DNA from: Acidimicrobiales bacterium
GTDB taxonomy: Bacteria > Actinomycetota > Acidimicrobiia > Acidimicrobiales > RAAP-2
Length of the DNA: 64,000 nt
Assembly (NCBI GenBank): GCA_040414865.1
Contig: JBEDUR010000133.1
Span: 1,104-65,103, forward strand
Direction of reading: 5' to 3'
Shown: positions 22,302 to 32,361 of the stretch, piece after piece
How the letters are laid out: every line of letters starts with the position of its first letter
Position numbering within the stretch: position 1 is the first letter of the stretch
Made by a program: the position numbers and the translations under genes
The notes under the pieces: model-generated
Databases searched by the model: none
Told to the model about the DNA's origin: nothing
What the model saw: the letters and a program-made list of their open reading frames with translations, nothing else

Positions 22302-22964
22302 GTGACTACGAAGGCGATCGTCGGCGAGAAGGTCGGCATGACCCAGGTGTGGGACGACCGGAACCGGGCCATCCCGGTGACGGTGTTGCGCGTCGCGCCG
22401 GTGCGGGTGGTCCAGGTCAAGACGCCTGAGAAGGAGGGGTACTCCGCCCTCCAGGTCACCTACGGCTTCCGGCGCCGCAACAGCCTCTCCAAGCCGCTCG
22501 ACGGCCACTACCAGGCGGCCGGCGTCGACCCCGGCCGGCGTTTGGTGGAGCTCCGCCTCGACGACATCACTGACTACGCGGTGGGCCAGCAGCTCTCGGC
22601 GGAGATCTGGAGTCCGGGCGAGCGGGTCGACGCGATCGCGATCTCCAAGGGCAAGGGGTTCTCCGGGGCCATGAAGCGCCACAACTTCACCGGCCAGGGT
22701 GGCGCCCACGGCAACCACAAGCACCACCGAGCCCCTGGCTCGATCGGGGCCTGCGCCACGCCTTCCCGGGTGTTCAAGGGCACCAAGATGGCCGGCCGGC
22801 TGGGCGCCCGCCGGGTGACCGCCCTCAACCTCCAGATCGTCTCGTCCGACCCCGAGCGTGAGCTGGTATTGGTGAAGGGGGCGATCCCCGGGCCCCGAGG
22901 CGGCATGGTGGTGCTCCGGGACACCGTCAAGGGGCGGGCCTCGACCAACGGGAGGGCCGGGTGA
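22302..22964 (+). CDS. rplC: 50S ribosomal protein L3
   Basis: In-frame GTG 8 nt after AGGAAAG, giving VTTKAIVGEKVGMTQVWDD... The upstream part of ORF 21870-22964 is Arg/Pro-rich junk. 220 aa. Confidence 0.93.
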   Translation: MTTKAIVGEKVGMTQVWDDRNRAIPVTVLRVAPVRVVQVKTPEKEGYSALQVTYGFRRRNSLSKPLDGHYQAAGVDPGRRLVELRLDDITDYAVGQQLSAEIWSPGERVDAIAISKGKGFSGAMKRHNFTGQGGAHGNHKHHRAPGSIGACATPSRVFKGTKMAGRLGARRVTALNLQIVSSDPERELVLVKGAIPGPRGGMVVLRDTVKGRASTNGRAG

Positions 22965-23746
22965 GCTCGGTCGCGGGTTCAGGCGCGGTGCGCCATCCGG
23001 TGCGGAAGGAGCGGCCGGTCCCGGTGACCCACACCGTCACCCGCTACGACGCGGCCGGCACCGAGCTCGGCCAGGTCACCCTGGAGGCGACCATCTTCGG
23101 GATCGAGCCCAACGAGGCCGTGCTGCACCAGGTGGTCACCGCCCAGCTGGCGGCGGCCCGCTCGGGTACCCACTCGACCCGGACCCGCGCCGAAGTGCGA
23201 GGCGGCGGAGCCAAGCCCTTTCGCCAAAAGGGGCTGGGCCGGGCTCGCCAGGGGTCGCTCCGCTCCCCGCAGTACGTAGGCGGGGGGGTGGCGCTCGGGC
23301 CCAAGCCCCGCAGCTATCGACAGCGCACCCCGAAGAAGATGGTGAAGCTGGCGCTGGCCAGTGCGCTGAGCGATCGGGCCGCCGACGGGCGGATCGTGCT
23401 GGTGGATCGCTGGCCGTGGGAGCGCCCGCGGACGAAGGACGCGGTCGCGGCCCTTGAGGCGCTCGACCTCGGCGGACGGGTGCTCGCCGTGCTCTCGCGC
23501 ACCGACCTTGTTGCCGATCGCTCGTTCTCGAATCTGAAGGAGGTGGACACGGTTCTCCAAAGTGAGCTGAGCGCCTACGACGTGCTCCGCTCGGACTGGG
23601 TCGTGTTCACCGATGCCACCCTTCCCGGGGCAGGCGAGGTGCCCGCACCCGCCACTACCGAGACGGCGGCGACCGAGGCTCCCACCGCCGAGGCCAGCGA
23701 AGCGGGGCCGGCCGAGGAGCTGCCGGAGGAGGGCGGCGATGCCTGA
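22961..23746 (+). CDS. rplD: 50S ribosomal protein L4, with an Ala/Glu/Pro-rich C-terminal tail
   Basis: GTGA overlap with the rplC stop. Motifs QVVTAQLAAARSGTHSTRTRAEVRGGGAKPFRQKGLGRARQGS. Alternative internal GTG at 23024. Confidence 0.9.
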   Translation: MSSVAGSGAVRHPVRKERPVPVTHTVTRYDAAGTELGQVTLEATIFGIEPNEAVLHQVVTAQLAAARSGTHSTRTRAEVRGGGAKPFRQKGLGRARQGSLRSPQYVGGGVALGPKPRSYRQRTPKKMVKLALASALSDRAADGRIVLVDRWPWERPRTKDAVAALEALDLGGRVLAVLSRTDLVADRSFSNLKEVDTVLQSELSAYDVLRSDWVVFTDATLPGAGEVPAPATTETAATEAPTAEASEAGPAEELPEEGGDA

Positions 23747-24029
23747 TCTCGGCAACGTCCTCATACGGCCGATCGTCTCGGAGAAGACCTACGCCCTCAT
23801 GGACCGCAACGTCTACGTGTTCGTGGTCGATCCGCGCTCGTCCAAGATCGAGATCCGACGGGCAGTGGAGCGGGTCTTTGGGGTGAAGGTGGCCCAGGTC
23901 AACACCCTCAACCGGAAGGGCAAGGCCACCAGGAACCGCCGCACCAACACTCCCGGCCGGCGCCCCAACACCAAGCGGGCGTTCGTGACACTGCACGCCG
24001 GCGACAAGATCGACTTGTTCGAGAGCTGA
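23739..24029 (+). CDS. rplW: 50S ribosomal protein L23
   Basis: ATG giving MPDLGNVLIRPIVSEKTYALMD.NVYVFVVD; overlaps the rplD stop. 96 aa. Confidence 0.93.
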   Translation: MPDLGNVLIRPIVSEKTYALMDRNVYVFVVDPRSSKIEIRRAVERVFGVKVAQVNTLNRKGKATRNRRTNTPGRRPNTKRAFVTLHAGDKIDLFES

Positions 24030-24038
24030 GGAACGGTC

Positions 24039-24875
24039 ATGGCCATTCGCTCGCGCAAACCCACGAGTCCCGGACGCCGATTCCAGAGCGTCGCCGACTT
24101 CTCGGAGATCACGCGGGACCACCCCGAACGCTCGCTCACCCGGCCACTGCCGGGCAGCGGCGGTCGAAACAACTACGGTCGCAAGACCTCCCGCCACCGT
24201 GGCGGCGGACACAAGCGCCAGTACCGGGTGATCGACTTCCGGCGGGACAAGGATGGGATCCCGGCCAAGGTGGCGACCATCGAGCACGACCCCAATCGGA
24301 ACGCGCGCATCGCCTTGCTGCACTACGTCGACGGGGAGAAGCGCTACATCCTCGCCCCCGCCCAGGTGAAGGTGGGCGATCGACTCCAGAGCGGCCAGGG
24401 CTCTGACATCCGCCCCGGCAACGCCATGCCCATGCGCTACATGCCGGTCGGTTCGGTCGTCCACAACGTGGAGTTGCGACCCGGTGGCGGGGGCAAGCTG
24501 GCCCGGGGGGCGGGCATGAGCGTCCAACTGGTGGCGAAGGACGGTGGATTTGCCACCCTGCGGCTGCCCTCGACCGAGATGCGCCGGGTGTCCATCGACT
24601 GCCGGGCCACGCTCGGGGTCGTCGGGAACCCCGAGTCCGAGCTGATCAAGATGGGCAAGGCCGGGAGGAACCGCTGGAAGGGGATCCGTCCGCAGACCCG
24701 GGGGGTGGCCATGAACCCGGTCGATCACCCCTTGGGCGGCGGCGAGGGGAAGTCCTCGGGCGGGCGACACCCGGTTTCCCCCTGGGGCAAGCCGGAGGGC
24801 CGCACCCGTGCCCGCCACAAGGAGTCGGACAAGTTGATCGTCCGCCGGCGCCGGACCCGCGGCGCCAGGCGGTAG
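24039..24875 (+). CDS. rplB: 50S ribosomal protein L2
   Basis: 278 aa, [16 protein letters not shown]...[12 protein letters not shown]...HPLGGGEG. Confidence 0.97.
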   Translation: MAIRSRKPTSPGRRFQSVADFSEITRDHPERSLTRPLPGSGGRNNYGRKTSRHRGGGHKRQYRVIDFRRDKDGIPAKVATIEHDPNRNARIALLHYVDGEKRYILAPAQVKVGDRLQSGQGSDIRPGNAMPMRYMPVGSVVHNVELRPGGGGKLARGAGMSVQLVAKDGGFATLRLPSTEMRRVSIDCRATLGVVGNPESELIKMGKAGRNRWKGIRPQTRGVAMNPVDHPLGGGEGKSSGGRHPVSPWGKPEGRTRARHKESDKLIVRRRRTRGARR

Positions 24876-24884
24876 GAGACCGAG

Positions 24885-25163
24885 ATGCCGCGCAGCTTGA
24901 AGAAGGGCCCCTTCGTCGACGACCACTTGTTGAGGAAGGTCGACGCCCTGAACGCGTCGGGCGAGAAGCGGGTCATCAAGACCTGGTCGAGGCGCTCGAC
25001 GATCATCCCGGACATGGTCGGGCACACCATCGCCGTCCACGACGGCCGCCGCCACGTGCCGGTGTACGTGACCGAGTCCATGGTCGGGCACAAGCTGGGT
25101 GAGTTCGCGCCGACTAGGACGTTCCGCTACCACGCGGGACAAGAGCGGGCAGGGCGCCGGTAA
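24885..25163 (+). CDS. rpsS: 30S ribosomal protein S19
   Basis: 92 aa, [18 protein letters not shown]...[23 protein letters not shown]. Confidence 0.97.
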   Translation: MPRSLKKGPFVDDHLLRKVDALNASGEKRVIKTWSRRSTIIPDMVGHTIAVHDGRRHVPVYVTESMVGHKLGEFAPTRTFRYHAGQERAGRR

Positions 25164-25891
25164 TGGCGGGCGTGAAGACCAATGAGCGGCCTGGCACCCG
25201 GGCCGTGCTGCGGCACTCCTCGATCCCGGCGCGCAAGGCCCGCCAGGTCCTCGACCTCATCCGGGGCGAGGACGTCGACCGGGCGGCCCAGATCCTGAAC
25301 GCGACCCAAAGGCAGGCTGCCATCGAGATCGCCAAGGTCCTGGCCTCGGCGGTCGCCAACGCCGTCCACAACGACGGCCAGGACGCCGAGGACCTCTACG
25401 TCTCGTCTTGCTATGCAGACGAGGCGACCACCCTCAAGCGGTGGCGCCCCCGGGCCCGGGGCCGCGCTGGACGCATCCGCAAACGGAGCTGCCACGTCAC
25501 GATCATCGTGAGCCGGATGGAAGACGAGCGCCTGGCCCGTCGCCAGGCCGAGCGTGATGCCAGTCAGGCCCGCCGGTCGCGCCGGGTGGCTGCCTCCCGT
25601 CGACGGGCCGACCTGTCTGGGCGGCTCACCCGCCGTCGGGCGGCGCAGGCCGAGGAGGCCCGCCGGGCTGCCGAGGCCGAGGAGGAGGTCGAAGAGGACC
25701 TCGAGGCGCCGGTGGAGGAAGACGACCTCGAGACCGATGAACTCGTCGAGGACGACGAGACCGAGTGGGACGAGGCAGAGGACGAGCTGGACGAGCCCGA
25801 GGACGAGTGGGACGAGTCCGAGGACGAGGAAGACGAAGGCGACGCCGACGAGGAAGGCGGCACCGCCGACGAAGAGGAGAGCGAGCGCTGA
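25163..25891 (+). CDS. rplV: 50S ribosomal protein L22, with a charged C-terminal extension of about 115 aa
   Basis: The N-terminal ~125 aa match uL22 ([19 protein letters not shown]...[24 protein letters not shown]). They are followed by an Arg-rich and then Asp/Glu-rich tail, ending in a TGA that overlaps the rpsC ATG. Confidence 0.92.
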   Translation: MAGVKTNERPGTRAVLRHSSIPARKARQVLDLIRGEDVDRAAQILNATQRQAAIEIAKVLASAVANAVHNDGQDAEDLYVSSCYADEATTLKRWRPRARGRAGRIRKRSCHVTIIVSRMEDERLARRQAERDASQARRSRRVAASRRRADLSGRLTRRRAAQAEEARRAAEAEEEVEEDLEAPVEEDDLETDELVEDDETEWDEAEDELDEPEDEWDESEDEEDEGDADEEGGTADEEESER

Positions 25892-26910
25892 TGGGTCAGA
25901 AGGTCAACCCCTACGGTTTTCGACTCGGCGTGACGACGGACTGGAAGTCGCGCTGGTTCGAGGAGCGCCGGTACAAGGACTTCGTGGTCGAGGACTGGCG
26001 CATTCGCGACTACTTGATGTCCCAGCTCGAGGCGGCGGCGGTCAGCCGCATCGAGGTCGAGCGCACCCGTGACCGGGTCCGAGTGGACATCCACACCGCG
26101 CGCCCCGGGATCGTCATCGGGCGGCGGGGCTCGGAGGCCGACCGGTTGAAGAAGAAGCTCGAGGAGATCACCGGGCTGCCCAACCGGATCCAGCTCAACA
26201 TCCAAGAGATCAAGCGGCCCGAGATGGACGCCGCCCTGATCGCCCAGGGGATCTGTGACCAGCTGGCGCGCCGGGTGGCGTTCCGGCGGGCGATGAAGCG
26301 GGCCATCCAGACCGTGCAGAAGGCGGGCGCCCAAGGGGTCAAGGTGCAGTGCGCGGGGCGCTTGGGCGGCTCCGAGATGGCCCGCAAGGAGTCCTACCGC
26401 GAGGGCCGGGTACCGCTGCACACCCTGCGAGCCGACGTCGACTACGGGTTCCGCGAAGCGCGGACCACCGCTGGCCGGGTCGGGGTGAAGGTCTGGATCT
26501 ACAAGGGCGACATCCTCCCGTACCGCGTGTCGATCGACGAGAAGATCACCCGCGAGGCGGCCATGGCCGTCGGCGAGACCTCGGGCCAGGCCAGGCCGCG
26601 CCGGCTGATCACCGCCGGTGGCGGCCGTCGCCGCCGGGATCAGGGCGAGCCCGGGAGCGCAGTGGACGAGGGGCTGGACGAGGTCCATCCGGACGAGGGG
26701 CTGGACGAGGTCCATCCGGACGAGGGGGTGGACGAGGTCCGCGACGATGCCGCGAGCGAGACCGCTGCCGAGGGCCAGGCCCGGGAGCTCCTCGAGGAGC
26801 CGACCGAGCCCGACGAGCTGGAGCGCCGACTGGCTCAGGACGAGCAGATGGAGCGCCAGACCCGCCACGAGCACCACGAGACGCCCCACTTCCGCCGGGA
26901 GAACGATTGA
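25891..26910 (+). CDS. rpsC: 30S ribosomal protein S3, with a long acidic C-terminal extension
   Basis: ATG giving [23 protein letters not shown]; KH domain and [12 protein letters not shown] motif. 339 aa including a tail with the DEGLDEVHP repeats. Confidence 0.93.
   Translation: MGQKVNPYGFRLGVTTDWKSRWFEERRYKDFVVEDWRIRDYLMSQLEAAAVSRIEVERTRDRVRVDIHTARPGIVIGRRGSEADRLKKKLEEITGLPNRIQLNIQEIKRPEMDAALIAQGICDQLARRVAFRRAMKRAIQTVQKAGAQGVKVQCAGRLGGSEMARKESYREGRVPLHTLRADVDYGFREARTTAGRVGVKVWIYKGDILPYRVSIDEKITREAAMAVGETSGQARPRRLITAGGGRRRRDQGEPGSAVDEGLDEVHPDEGLDEVHPDEGVDEVRDDAASETAAEGQARELLEEPTEPDELERRLAQDEQMERQTRHEHHETPHFRREND
26665..26740 (+). repeat. In-frame 27-nt tandem repeat (about 2.8 copies) inside the rpsC tail
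   Basis: gacgaggggctggacgaggtccatccg at 26665-26691 is repeated identically at 26692-26718. A third partial copy at 26719-26740 has one mismatch. It encodes [25 protein letters not shown]. Confidence 0.9.
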
Positions 26911-26911
26911 C

Positions 26912-27349
26912 ATGCTGATGCCCCGCAAGGTCCGGCACCGCAAACAGCAGCGCGGTCGCCTCAGCGGCGCCGCCAAGGGCGGGACCACGGTCAACTTCGG
27001 CGACTTCGGCATCCAGGCGATCGAGCCCGGCTGGATCACCGCCCGCCAGATCGAAGCCGCCCGAATCGCGATGACCAGGCACGTCCGCCGAGGCGGAAAG
27101 GTGTGGATCCGGATCTTTCCCGACAAGCCAGTGACCCAGAAGCCGGCCGAGACCCGGATGGGCTCAGGGAAGGGCAACCCCGAGCACTGGGTGGCGGTGG
27201 TCCGCCCCGGAAGGATCCTCTTCGAGCTCTCCGGGGTCGACGCCACCCTGGCCCGCGCCGCCATGGAGCGGGCCATCCAGAAGCTCCCCATCAAGGCGCG
27301 CTTCGTCGTTCGACCCGGGACGCACGGAGCGTCCGAGGTGCAGGTCTGA
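26912..27349 (+). CDS. rplP: 50S ribosomal protein L16
   Basis: ATG giving [19 protein letters not shown]...; 145 aa; alternative ATG at 26918. Confidence 0.95.
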   Translation: MLMPRKVRHRKQQRGRLSGAAKGGTTVNFGDFGIQAIEPGWITARQIEAARIAMTRHVRRGGKVWIRIFPDKPVTQKPAETRMGSGKGNPEHWVAVVRPGRILFELSGVDATLARAAMERAIQKLPIKARFVVRPGTHGASEVQV

Positions 27350-27960
27350 TGACCCGGGCCTCGGAGTTCTACGCAATGGACGCCGACGAGCTGGCCCACC
27401 GCCTGGTGGAGGCCCGCCGCGAGCTGCTCAACCTGCGGTTCCAGCTCGCGACCGGGCAGCTGGACAACGTCGCCCAGATCAAGAACGTACGGCGCGACGT
27501 GGCTCGAGTGCTCACCGTCCTGCGGGAAATGGAGATCGCCGAGGCCGAGGGCATCGCATTCGAACCGCCGGAGGTCAAGCCGGCCCGGGTCGAAGCCCAA
27601 CGCCGTGATGAGGAGCGGGCGGCCGAGCTCGTTGCCTCGGAGCCGGACGCCCTGGAAGACGACGACGAGGACGAGGACTTCCTGGCCGAGGAGACCCTGG
27701 ACGAGGCGGAGTCCGCGGACGTCGAGGAGGACGAAGAGGTCGAGGAGGGTGAAGAGGCCGAGGAGCCCGAGGACCTGGAACTCGAGGTGTCCGAGGCTGA
27801 GTTCGAGGAGCCCGAGGAGTTCGAGGAGCCCGAGGAGTCCGAGGAGTCCGGGACGGCCCGCCGGCCGCGGCTGCGACGGAGCCGCAGGCCCGACGAAAGT
27901 GAGCCTGCACCGGCCCGTACCCGCCGGCGGTCCCGCAGGGCCACCGACGAGGAGCAGTGA
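27349..27960 (+). CDS. rpmC: 50S ribosomal protein L29, with an acidic-then-basic C-terminal extension of about 130 aa
   Basis: The ATG overlaps the rplP stop. The N-terminal ~70 aa ([51 protein letters not shown]) match uL29. The ORF then continues to 203 aa, and its stop overlaps the rpsQ ATG. Confidence 0.88.
   Translation: MTRASEFYAMDADELAHRLVEARRELLNLRFQLATGQLDNVAQIKNVRRDVARVLTVLREMEIAEAEGIAFEPPEVKPARVEAQRRDEERAAELVASEPDALEDDDEDEDFLAEETLDEAESADVEEDEEVEEGEEAEEPEDLELEVSEAEFEEPEEFEEPEESEESGTARRPRLRRSRRPDESEPAPARTRRRSRRATDEEQ
27799..27849 (+). repeat. In-frame 18-nt tandem repeat in the rpmC tail
   Basis: gagttcgaggagcccgag at 27799-27816 is repeated identically at 27817-27834, followed by the degenerate gagtccgaggagtcc. 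It encodes [17 protein letters not shown]. Confidence 0.85.
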
Positions 27961-28232
27961 TGGCAGGAGAGATCGAGACAAGGACCAATCGCCGGAAGGT
28001 GCGCGAGGGCGTCGTCGTGTCGGACTCGATGCGGTCGACCATCGTGGTCGCCGTCGTCGAGCGGGTGCGGCATCCCCGCTATGGGAAGACCGTGCAGCGG
28101 ACCAAGCGCATCTACGTCGACGATCCGGGCGACACCGCCAAGGTCGGTGACCGGGTACGGGTGGCCGAGACCCGGCCGCTCTCCAAGCTGAAGCGTTGGC
28201 GGCTGTCCGAGATCACGGAGCGGGCGAGATGA
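27960..28232 (+). CDS. rpsQ: 30S ribosomal protein S17
   Basis: [42 protein letters not shown] at 27960 overlaps the rpmC TGA; a GTG at 27957 is also possible. Confidence 0.93.
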   Translation: MAGEIETRTNRRKVREGVVVSDSMRSTIVVAVVERVRHPRYGKTVQRTKRIYVDDPGDTAKVGDRVRVAETRPLSKLKRWRLSEITERAR

Positions 28233-28597
28233 TCCAGCAGGAATCACGCCTGCGGGTGGCCGACAACTCGGGCGCCCGCGAGGTCCTGTGCATCCGGGTC
28301 CTCGGGGGCTCGCACCGGCGCTATGCCAGCATCGGCGACATCTTCGTGGCAACGGTGAAGGACGCCATCCCCGGCGCGTCGGTGAAGAAGGGCGACGTGG
28401 TGCGGTGCGTGGTGGTCCGCACGAAAAAGGAGAAGCGGCGGCCCGATGGAAGCTACATCCGCTTCGACGAGAACGCGGCCGTGCTGATCAACGAGCAGCA
28501 ACAGCCCCGGGGGACCCGCATCTTCGGGCCCGTGGGTCGCGAGCTCCGGGACAAGCGGTTCATGCGCATCGTTTCGCTGGCTCCGGAGGTGCTCTGA
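28229..28597 (+). CDS. rplN: 50S ribosomal protein L14
   Basis: [28 protein letters not shown]...; 122 aa. Confidence 0.97.
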   Translation: MIQQESRLRVADNSGAREVLCIRVLGGSHRRYASIGDIFVATVKDAIPGASVKKGDVVRCVVVRTKKEKRRPDGSYIRFDENAAVLINEQQQPRGTRIFGPVGRELRDKRFMRIVSLAPEVL

Positions 28598-28905
28598 TGC
28601 GAATTCGAAAGGGTGACCGGGTCGTGGTCCGCTCGGGGAAGCACCGGGGCCAGCGCGGCGAGGTCGTCCGGACTGTCCCGTCGGAGAACAAGGTCGTCCT
28701 CGACGGCGTGAACGTGGCCAAGCGTCACACCAAGCCGCGGCGGGCGACGATGCAGGGCGGCATCATCGACAAGTTCATGCCCATGTCCGCCTCGGCCGTC
28801 TCGGTGTGGTGCGGGTCGCACGGGGGCCCAGCCCGGATCGGGTTCGAGGTGGACGAGCACGGCGACAAGGTGCGCGTGTGCAGGAAGTGTGGAGCGGATC
28901 TGTGA
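28597..28905 (+). CDS. rplX: 50S ribosomal protein L24
   Basis: [23 protein letters not shown] (KOW motif). 102 aa. The ATG overlaps the rplN stop. Confidence 0.93.
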   Translation: MRIRKGDRVVVRSGKHRGQRGEVVRTVPSENKVVLDGVNVAKRHTKPRRATMQGGIIDKFMPMSASAVSVWCGSHGGPARIGFEVDEHGDKVRVCRKCGADL

Positions 28906-29504
28906 GCGTCAACGAGACCGAAGAGCAGGGCACCCCTGCGGTCGACGGCCGCCGGCGCCCCCGGCTGAAAGAGCGATACCTGGGCGAGGTCCGGGCCGCG
29001 CTCCAGCGCGAGCTGGAGCTGGAGAATGTGATGCAGGTTCCGACCCTGGAGAAGATCGTGCTCAACATGGGCGTGGGTCGGGCGACGCAACAGCCCTCGC
29101 TCATCGAGGGGGCCCAACGCGATCTCCAGGTGATCTCGGGTCAGAAGCCCGTGGTGACCCGGGCCAAGAGGTCGATCGCCGGGTTCAAAGTCCGCGAGGG
29201 CAACCCCATCGGGGTCAAGGTGACCATCCGCGGCGATCGGGCCTGGGAGTTCCTGGACCGGTTGATCAGCATCACCATTCCCAGGGTGCGCGACTTCAGG
29301 GGGCTCTCGCCGCGCGCGTTCGACGGGAAGGGCAACTACAGCTTCGGTGTCACCGAGCAGCTGATCTTCCCCGAGATCAACTACGACCGGATCGATTCGG
29401 TCAGAGGCATGGACATCACCATCGTGACCACCGCCAACAACGACGACGAGGGACGGGAGTTCCTCCGGGCGTTTGGCTTCCCCTTCCGACAGGAGACTCG
29501 ATAG
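28902..29504 (+). CDS. rplE: 50S ribosomal protein L5
   Basis: GTGA overlap with the rplX stop. [40 protein letters not shown]... 200 aa. Confidence 0.93.
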   Translation: MSVNETEEQGTPAVDGRRRPRLKERYLGEVRAALQRELELENVMQVPTLEKIVLNMGVGRATQQPSLIEGAQRDLQVISGQKPVVTRAKRSIAGFKVREGNPIGVKVTIRGDRAWEFLDRLISITIPRVRDFRGLSPRAFDGKGNYSFGVTEQLIFPEINYDRIDSVRGMDITIVTTANNDDEGREFLRAFGFPFRQETR

Positions 29505-29509
29505 ACAAC

Positions 29510-29695
29510 ATGGCGAAGAAGGCACTCATCCAAAAGCAGCAGCGGATCCCGAAGTTCAAGGTACGGGCCTACACCCGGTGCCAGCGGTGTGGGCGGCCCA
29601 AGGCCGTCTTCCGTAAGTTCGGTCTGTGCCGAATCTGCCTGCGGACGATGGTGCACGCCGGCGAGGTGCCGGGCGTGACCAAGTCGAGCTGGTAG
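29510..29695 (+). CDS. rpsN: 30S ribosomal protein S14, type Z (zinc-binding, 61 aa)
   Basis: [61 protein letters not shown], with CxxC...CxxC. Confidence 0.95.
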   Translation: MAKKALIQKQQRIPKFKVRAYTRCQRCGRPKAVFRKFGLCRICLRTMVHAGEVPGVTKSSW

Positions 29696-29706
29696 GAGGT
29701 GCCGTC

Positions 29707-30111
29707 ATGACCATGACCGACCCCATCGCCGACATGCTGACCCGGATTCGCAACGCCAACTCGGCCCAGTTCGACACGGTGAAGATGCCGGGGTCGAAGG
29801 TGAAGGAGGCGCTGGCGGCCATCCTGGAGAAGGAGGGCTACATCGCCGGGTACTCGGTTTCGTCGAGCACCGAGCGGCCGGGGTCCACCCTCGAGATCAC
29901 CATGAAGTACGCCCAGAACCGAACCCGAACGATCGCCGGTCTCAAGCGGGTGTCGAAGCCGGGACTGCGCATCTACGCCCGCGCCGACCGGATCCCCCGG
30001 GTCCTTGGCGGCGTCGGGGTCGCGGTCGTCTCGACCAGCCACGGCCTGATGACCGACCGCGAGGCGCGCCAGCACCACCTCGGCGGGGAGGTGCTCTGCT
30101 ATGTCTGGTGA
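29707..30111 (+). CDS. rpsH: 30S ribosomal protein S8
   Basis: [20 protein letters not shown]...; 134 aa. Confidence 0.96.
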   Translation: MTMTDPIADMLTRIRNANSAQFDTVKMPGSKVKEALAAILEKEGYIAGYSVSSSTERPGSTLEITMKYAQNRTRTIAGLKRVSKPGLRIYARADRIPRVLGGVGVAVVSTSHGLMTDREARQHHLGGEVLCYVW

Positions 30112-30168
30112 TCGAGCGGCACGCGGCGCGTGGCGCGCCGCCCACCCACTGTTTGGGGAGGTGCGCTG

Positions 30169-30705
30169 ATGTCGCGGGTTGGACGGACACCCATCGCGGT
30201 GCCGGCTGAGGTGGCCGTCACCCTGGAGGACCGCTCGGTGAAGGTCGAAGGGCCGCAGGGCACCCTGGTGCGTTCGCTGCCGGCTGAGATCACCGTCAGC
30301 CGGGACGGCGACGTGCTGAACGTCACGCGGCCCGACGACGAGCGCACGAACCGGGCTCTGCACGGGCTCACCAGGACCTTGGTCGCCAACATGGTGACGG
30401 GGGTGACCGCTGGCTTCGCCAAGGAGCTCGAGATCGTGGGTGTCGGCTATCGGGCCACCGCTCAGGGAACGGCCATCGAGCTCAGTCTGGGGTTCTCCCA
30501 CCCGGTGCGGGTGGAAGCCCCCGAGGGGATCAGCTTCGAGGTCCCCATGCCGACCCGGATCGTCGTGCGGGGGATCGACAAGGAGAAGGTCGGCCAGGTT
30601 GCCGCGGAGATCCGCGCCATCCGCAAGCCCGAGCCCTACAAGGGCAAGGGGGTGCGGTACGCCGGTGAACGAGTGGTACGCAAGGCCGGGAAGGCGGCGA
30701 AGTGA
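30169..30705 (+). CDS. rplF: 50S ribosomal protein L6
   Basis: [33 protein letters not shown]...; 178 aa. Confidence 0.96.
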   Translation: MSRVGRTPIAVPAEVAVTLEDRSVKVEGPQGTLVRSLPAEITVSRDGDVLNVTRPDDERTNRALHGLTRTLVANMVTGVTAGFAKELEIVGVGYRATAQGTAIELSLGFSHPVRVEAPEGISFEVPMPTRIVVRGIDKEKVGQVAAEIRAIRKPEPYKGKGVRYAGERVVRKAGKAAK

Positions 30706-31079
30706 GCTCTGGAGCAGCCACCATGCGGCGCCTTCGTATCCGCAGGCACGCCCGGGTCCGGGACAAGGTCGTGGGCACCGCCGAGCGGCCGCGCCTGGCC
30801 GTCAGCCGCTCGCATCGCCACATCTCGGCCCAGATCATCGATGACGACGCCGCCCGTACGCTGGTCGCGGCTTCGAGCGTCGAGGCGGACCTGCGCCGGG
30901 CGCTCGGTGCCGGGGGTGGCGGCAACGTCGCCGGCGCCGAAGCCGTCGGCAAGCTGCTGGCCGACCGGGCCAAGCAGGTCGGGATCAACCGGGTCGTGTT
31001 CGACCGGGGCGGCTTCGCCTACCACGGGCGGGTGGCCGCGCTGGCCGACGCCGCCCGAGCCGAGGGACTGGAGTTCTGA
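30702..31079 (+). CDS. rplR: 50S ribosomal protein L18
   Basis: GTGA overlap with rpl[38 protein letters not shown]...[24 protein letters not shown]. Confidence 0.95.
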   Translation: MSSGAATMRRLRIRRHARVRDKVVGTAERPRLAVSRSHRHISAQIIDDDAARTLVAASSVEADLRRALGAGGGGNVAGAEAVGKLLADRAKQVGINRVVFDRGGFAYHGRVAALADAARAEGLEF

Positions 31080-31628
31080 GTGCCGGAGACCCAATACGAG
31101 GAACGCACCATCAGAGTGAACCGGGTGGCCAAGGTGGTCAAAGGCGGCCGGCGGTTCTCCTTCACGGCGCTCATGGTGGTCGGGGATGGCAACGGCCGGG
31201 TCGGGCTGGGCTACGGCAAGGCCAAAGAGGCCGGCCTGGCCGTCCAGAAGGGGATCGAAGAGGCTCGCAAGAACGTCTTTGAGGTCGCGCTGGCCGGGTC
31301 CACCATCATGCACCCGGTCATCGGCGAGAGCGGGGCCGGCCGGGTCATGCTCAAGCCGGCTGCGCCCGGAACCGGGGTGATCGCCGGGGGCGCGGCGCGC
31401 CACATCCTCGAGATGGCCGGCATCCGTGACGTCCTGGCCAAGTCGCTGGGCTCCTCCAACGGCATCAACGTGGCCCATGCGACCATCGCCGGCCTGCGGA
31501 GTCTCCGCCGGCCCGACGAGATCGCCAGCCTGCGCGGCAAGCAACCCGACGAGGTCGTCCCCGGCGGCGTGCTGCAGTCCTTCCGTGAGCGCCGTCGCGA
31601 GAGCGAGCTTCTGGCGGAGGGAGGCTGA
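31080..31628 (+). CDS. rpsE: 30S ribosomal protein S5
   Basis: [39 protein letters not shown]; 182 aa. Confidence 0.96.
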   Translation: MPETQYEERTIRVNRVAKVVKGGRRFSFTALMVVGDGNGRVGLGYGKAKEAGLAVQKGIEEARKNVFEVALAGSTIMHPVIGESGAGRVMLKPAAPGTGVIAGGAARHILEMAGIRDVLAKSLGSSNGINVAHATIAGLRSLRRPDEIASLRGKQPDEVVPGGVLQSFRERRRESELLAEGG

Positions 31629-31630
31629 GG

Positions 31631-31846
31631 ATGCCCCCGCGCACAAGCCCGGCGCCGGGTGACCGGACGCTGCGGGTGAGACAGGTCCGATCGGCCATCG
31701 GGGCCAAGCCCAAGCACCGTGGGACACTGCGCGCCCTCGGGCTCCGCGGGATCGGCCAGGTGAACGATCTTCCCGACCGTCCTGAGATCCGCGGGATGCT
31801 GGCTCGGGTCCCGCACCTGGTGCAGGTCGAGGAGGTAACGCGATGA
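31631..31846 (+). CDS. rpmD: 50S ribosomal protein L30
   Basis: LRVRQVRSAIGAKPKHRGTLRALGLRGIGQ; 71 aa. Confidence 0.93.
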   Translation: MPPRTSPAPGDRTLRVRQVRSAIGAKPKHRGTLRALGLRGIGQVNDLPDRPEIRGMLARVPHLVQVEEVTR

Positions 31847-32331
31847 AGCTGCACGAGATCTCGTCACCGTCGGGATCCCGGCGCGCCCGCCAGCGGGTGG
31901 GCCGCGGCATCGCCGGCCGGCGCGGGAAAACGGCCGGCCGGGGGATGAAGGGCCAGGGGGCCCGGGACACCATCCCGCTCGGCTTCGAGGGGGGTCAGCT
32001 CCCCCTCATGCAACGGATCCCCAAGTTGCGAGGGTTCAAGAACCCGTTCCGGGTGGCCTACACCCCGGTCAACCTGGACGCGATCGAGGCACTGGCCGTC
32101 GACGAGGTGACTCCGGAGGTCCTGGTGGCGGCCGGACACCTGCGCAAGGGGGCCATGGTCAAGGTGCTGGGCCGAGGGCAGCTCTCGCGGGCGGTCCGGG
32201 TCAGCGCGCATGCCTTTTCGAAGAGCGCGCAGGACGCGATCGTGGCTGCCGGAGGTAGCGTCGAGCAGGTTCGGCCGCCGTTTGGAGGCGGCAGGCCGCC
32301 GGCCCGAGGCAATGCCCTGACCAACCGGTAG
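31843..32331 (+). CDS. rplO: 50S ribosomal protein L15
   Basis: MKLHEISSPSGSRRARQRVGRGIAGRRGKTAGRGMKGQ; ATGA overlap with rpmD. Confidence 0.96.
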   Translation: MKLHEISSPSGSRRARQRVGRGIAGRRGKTAGRGMKGQGARDTIPLGFEGGQLPLMQRIPKLRGFKNPFRVAYTPVNLDAIEALAVDEVTPEVLVAAGHLRKGAMVKVLGRGQLSRAVRVSAHAFSKSAQDAIVAAGGSVEQVRPPFGGGRPPARGNALTNR

Positions 32332-32361
32332 GCATCGGCCGCCGCCGAAGCGAAGGGAACC

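Noticed and set aside
25564-27981. 805-aa ORF antisense to the rplV tail, rpsC, rplP and rpmC
   Set aside because: It is an artefact. The poly-Ser/Leu runs simply mirror the sense-strand Glu/Asp codons, and it spans four genuine, translationally coupled r-protein genes.
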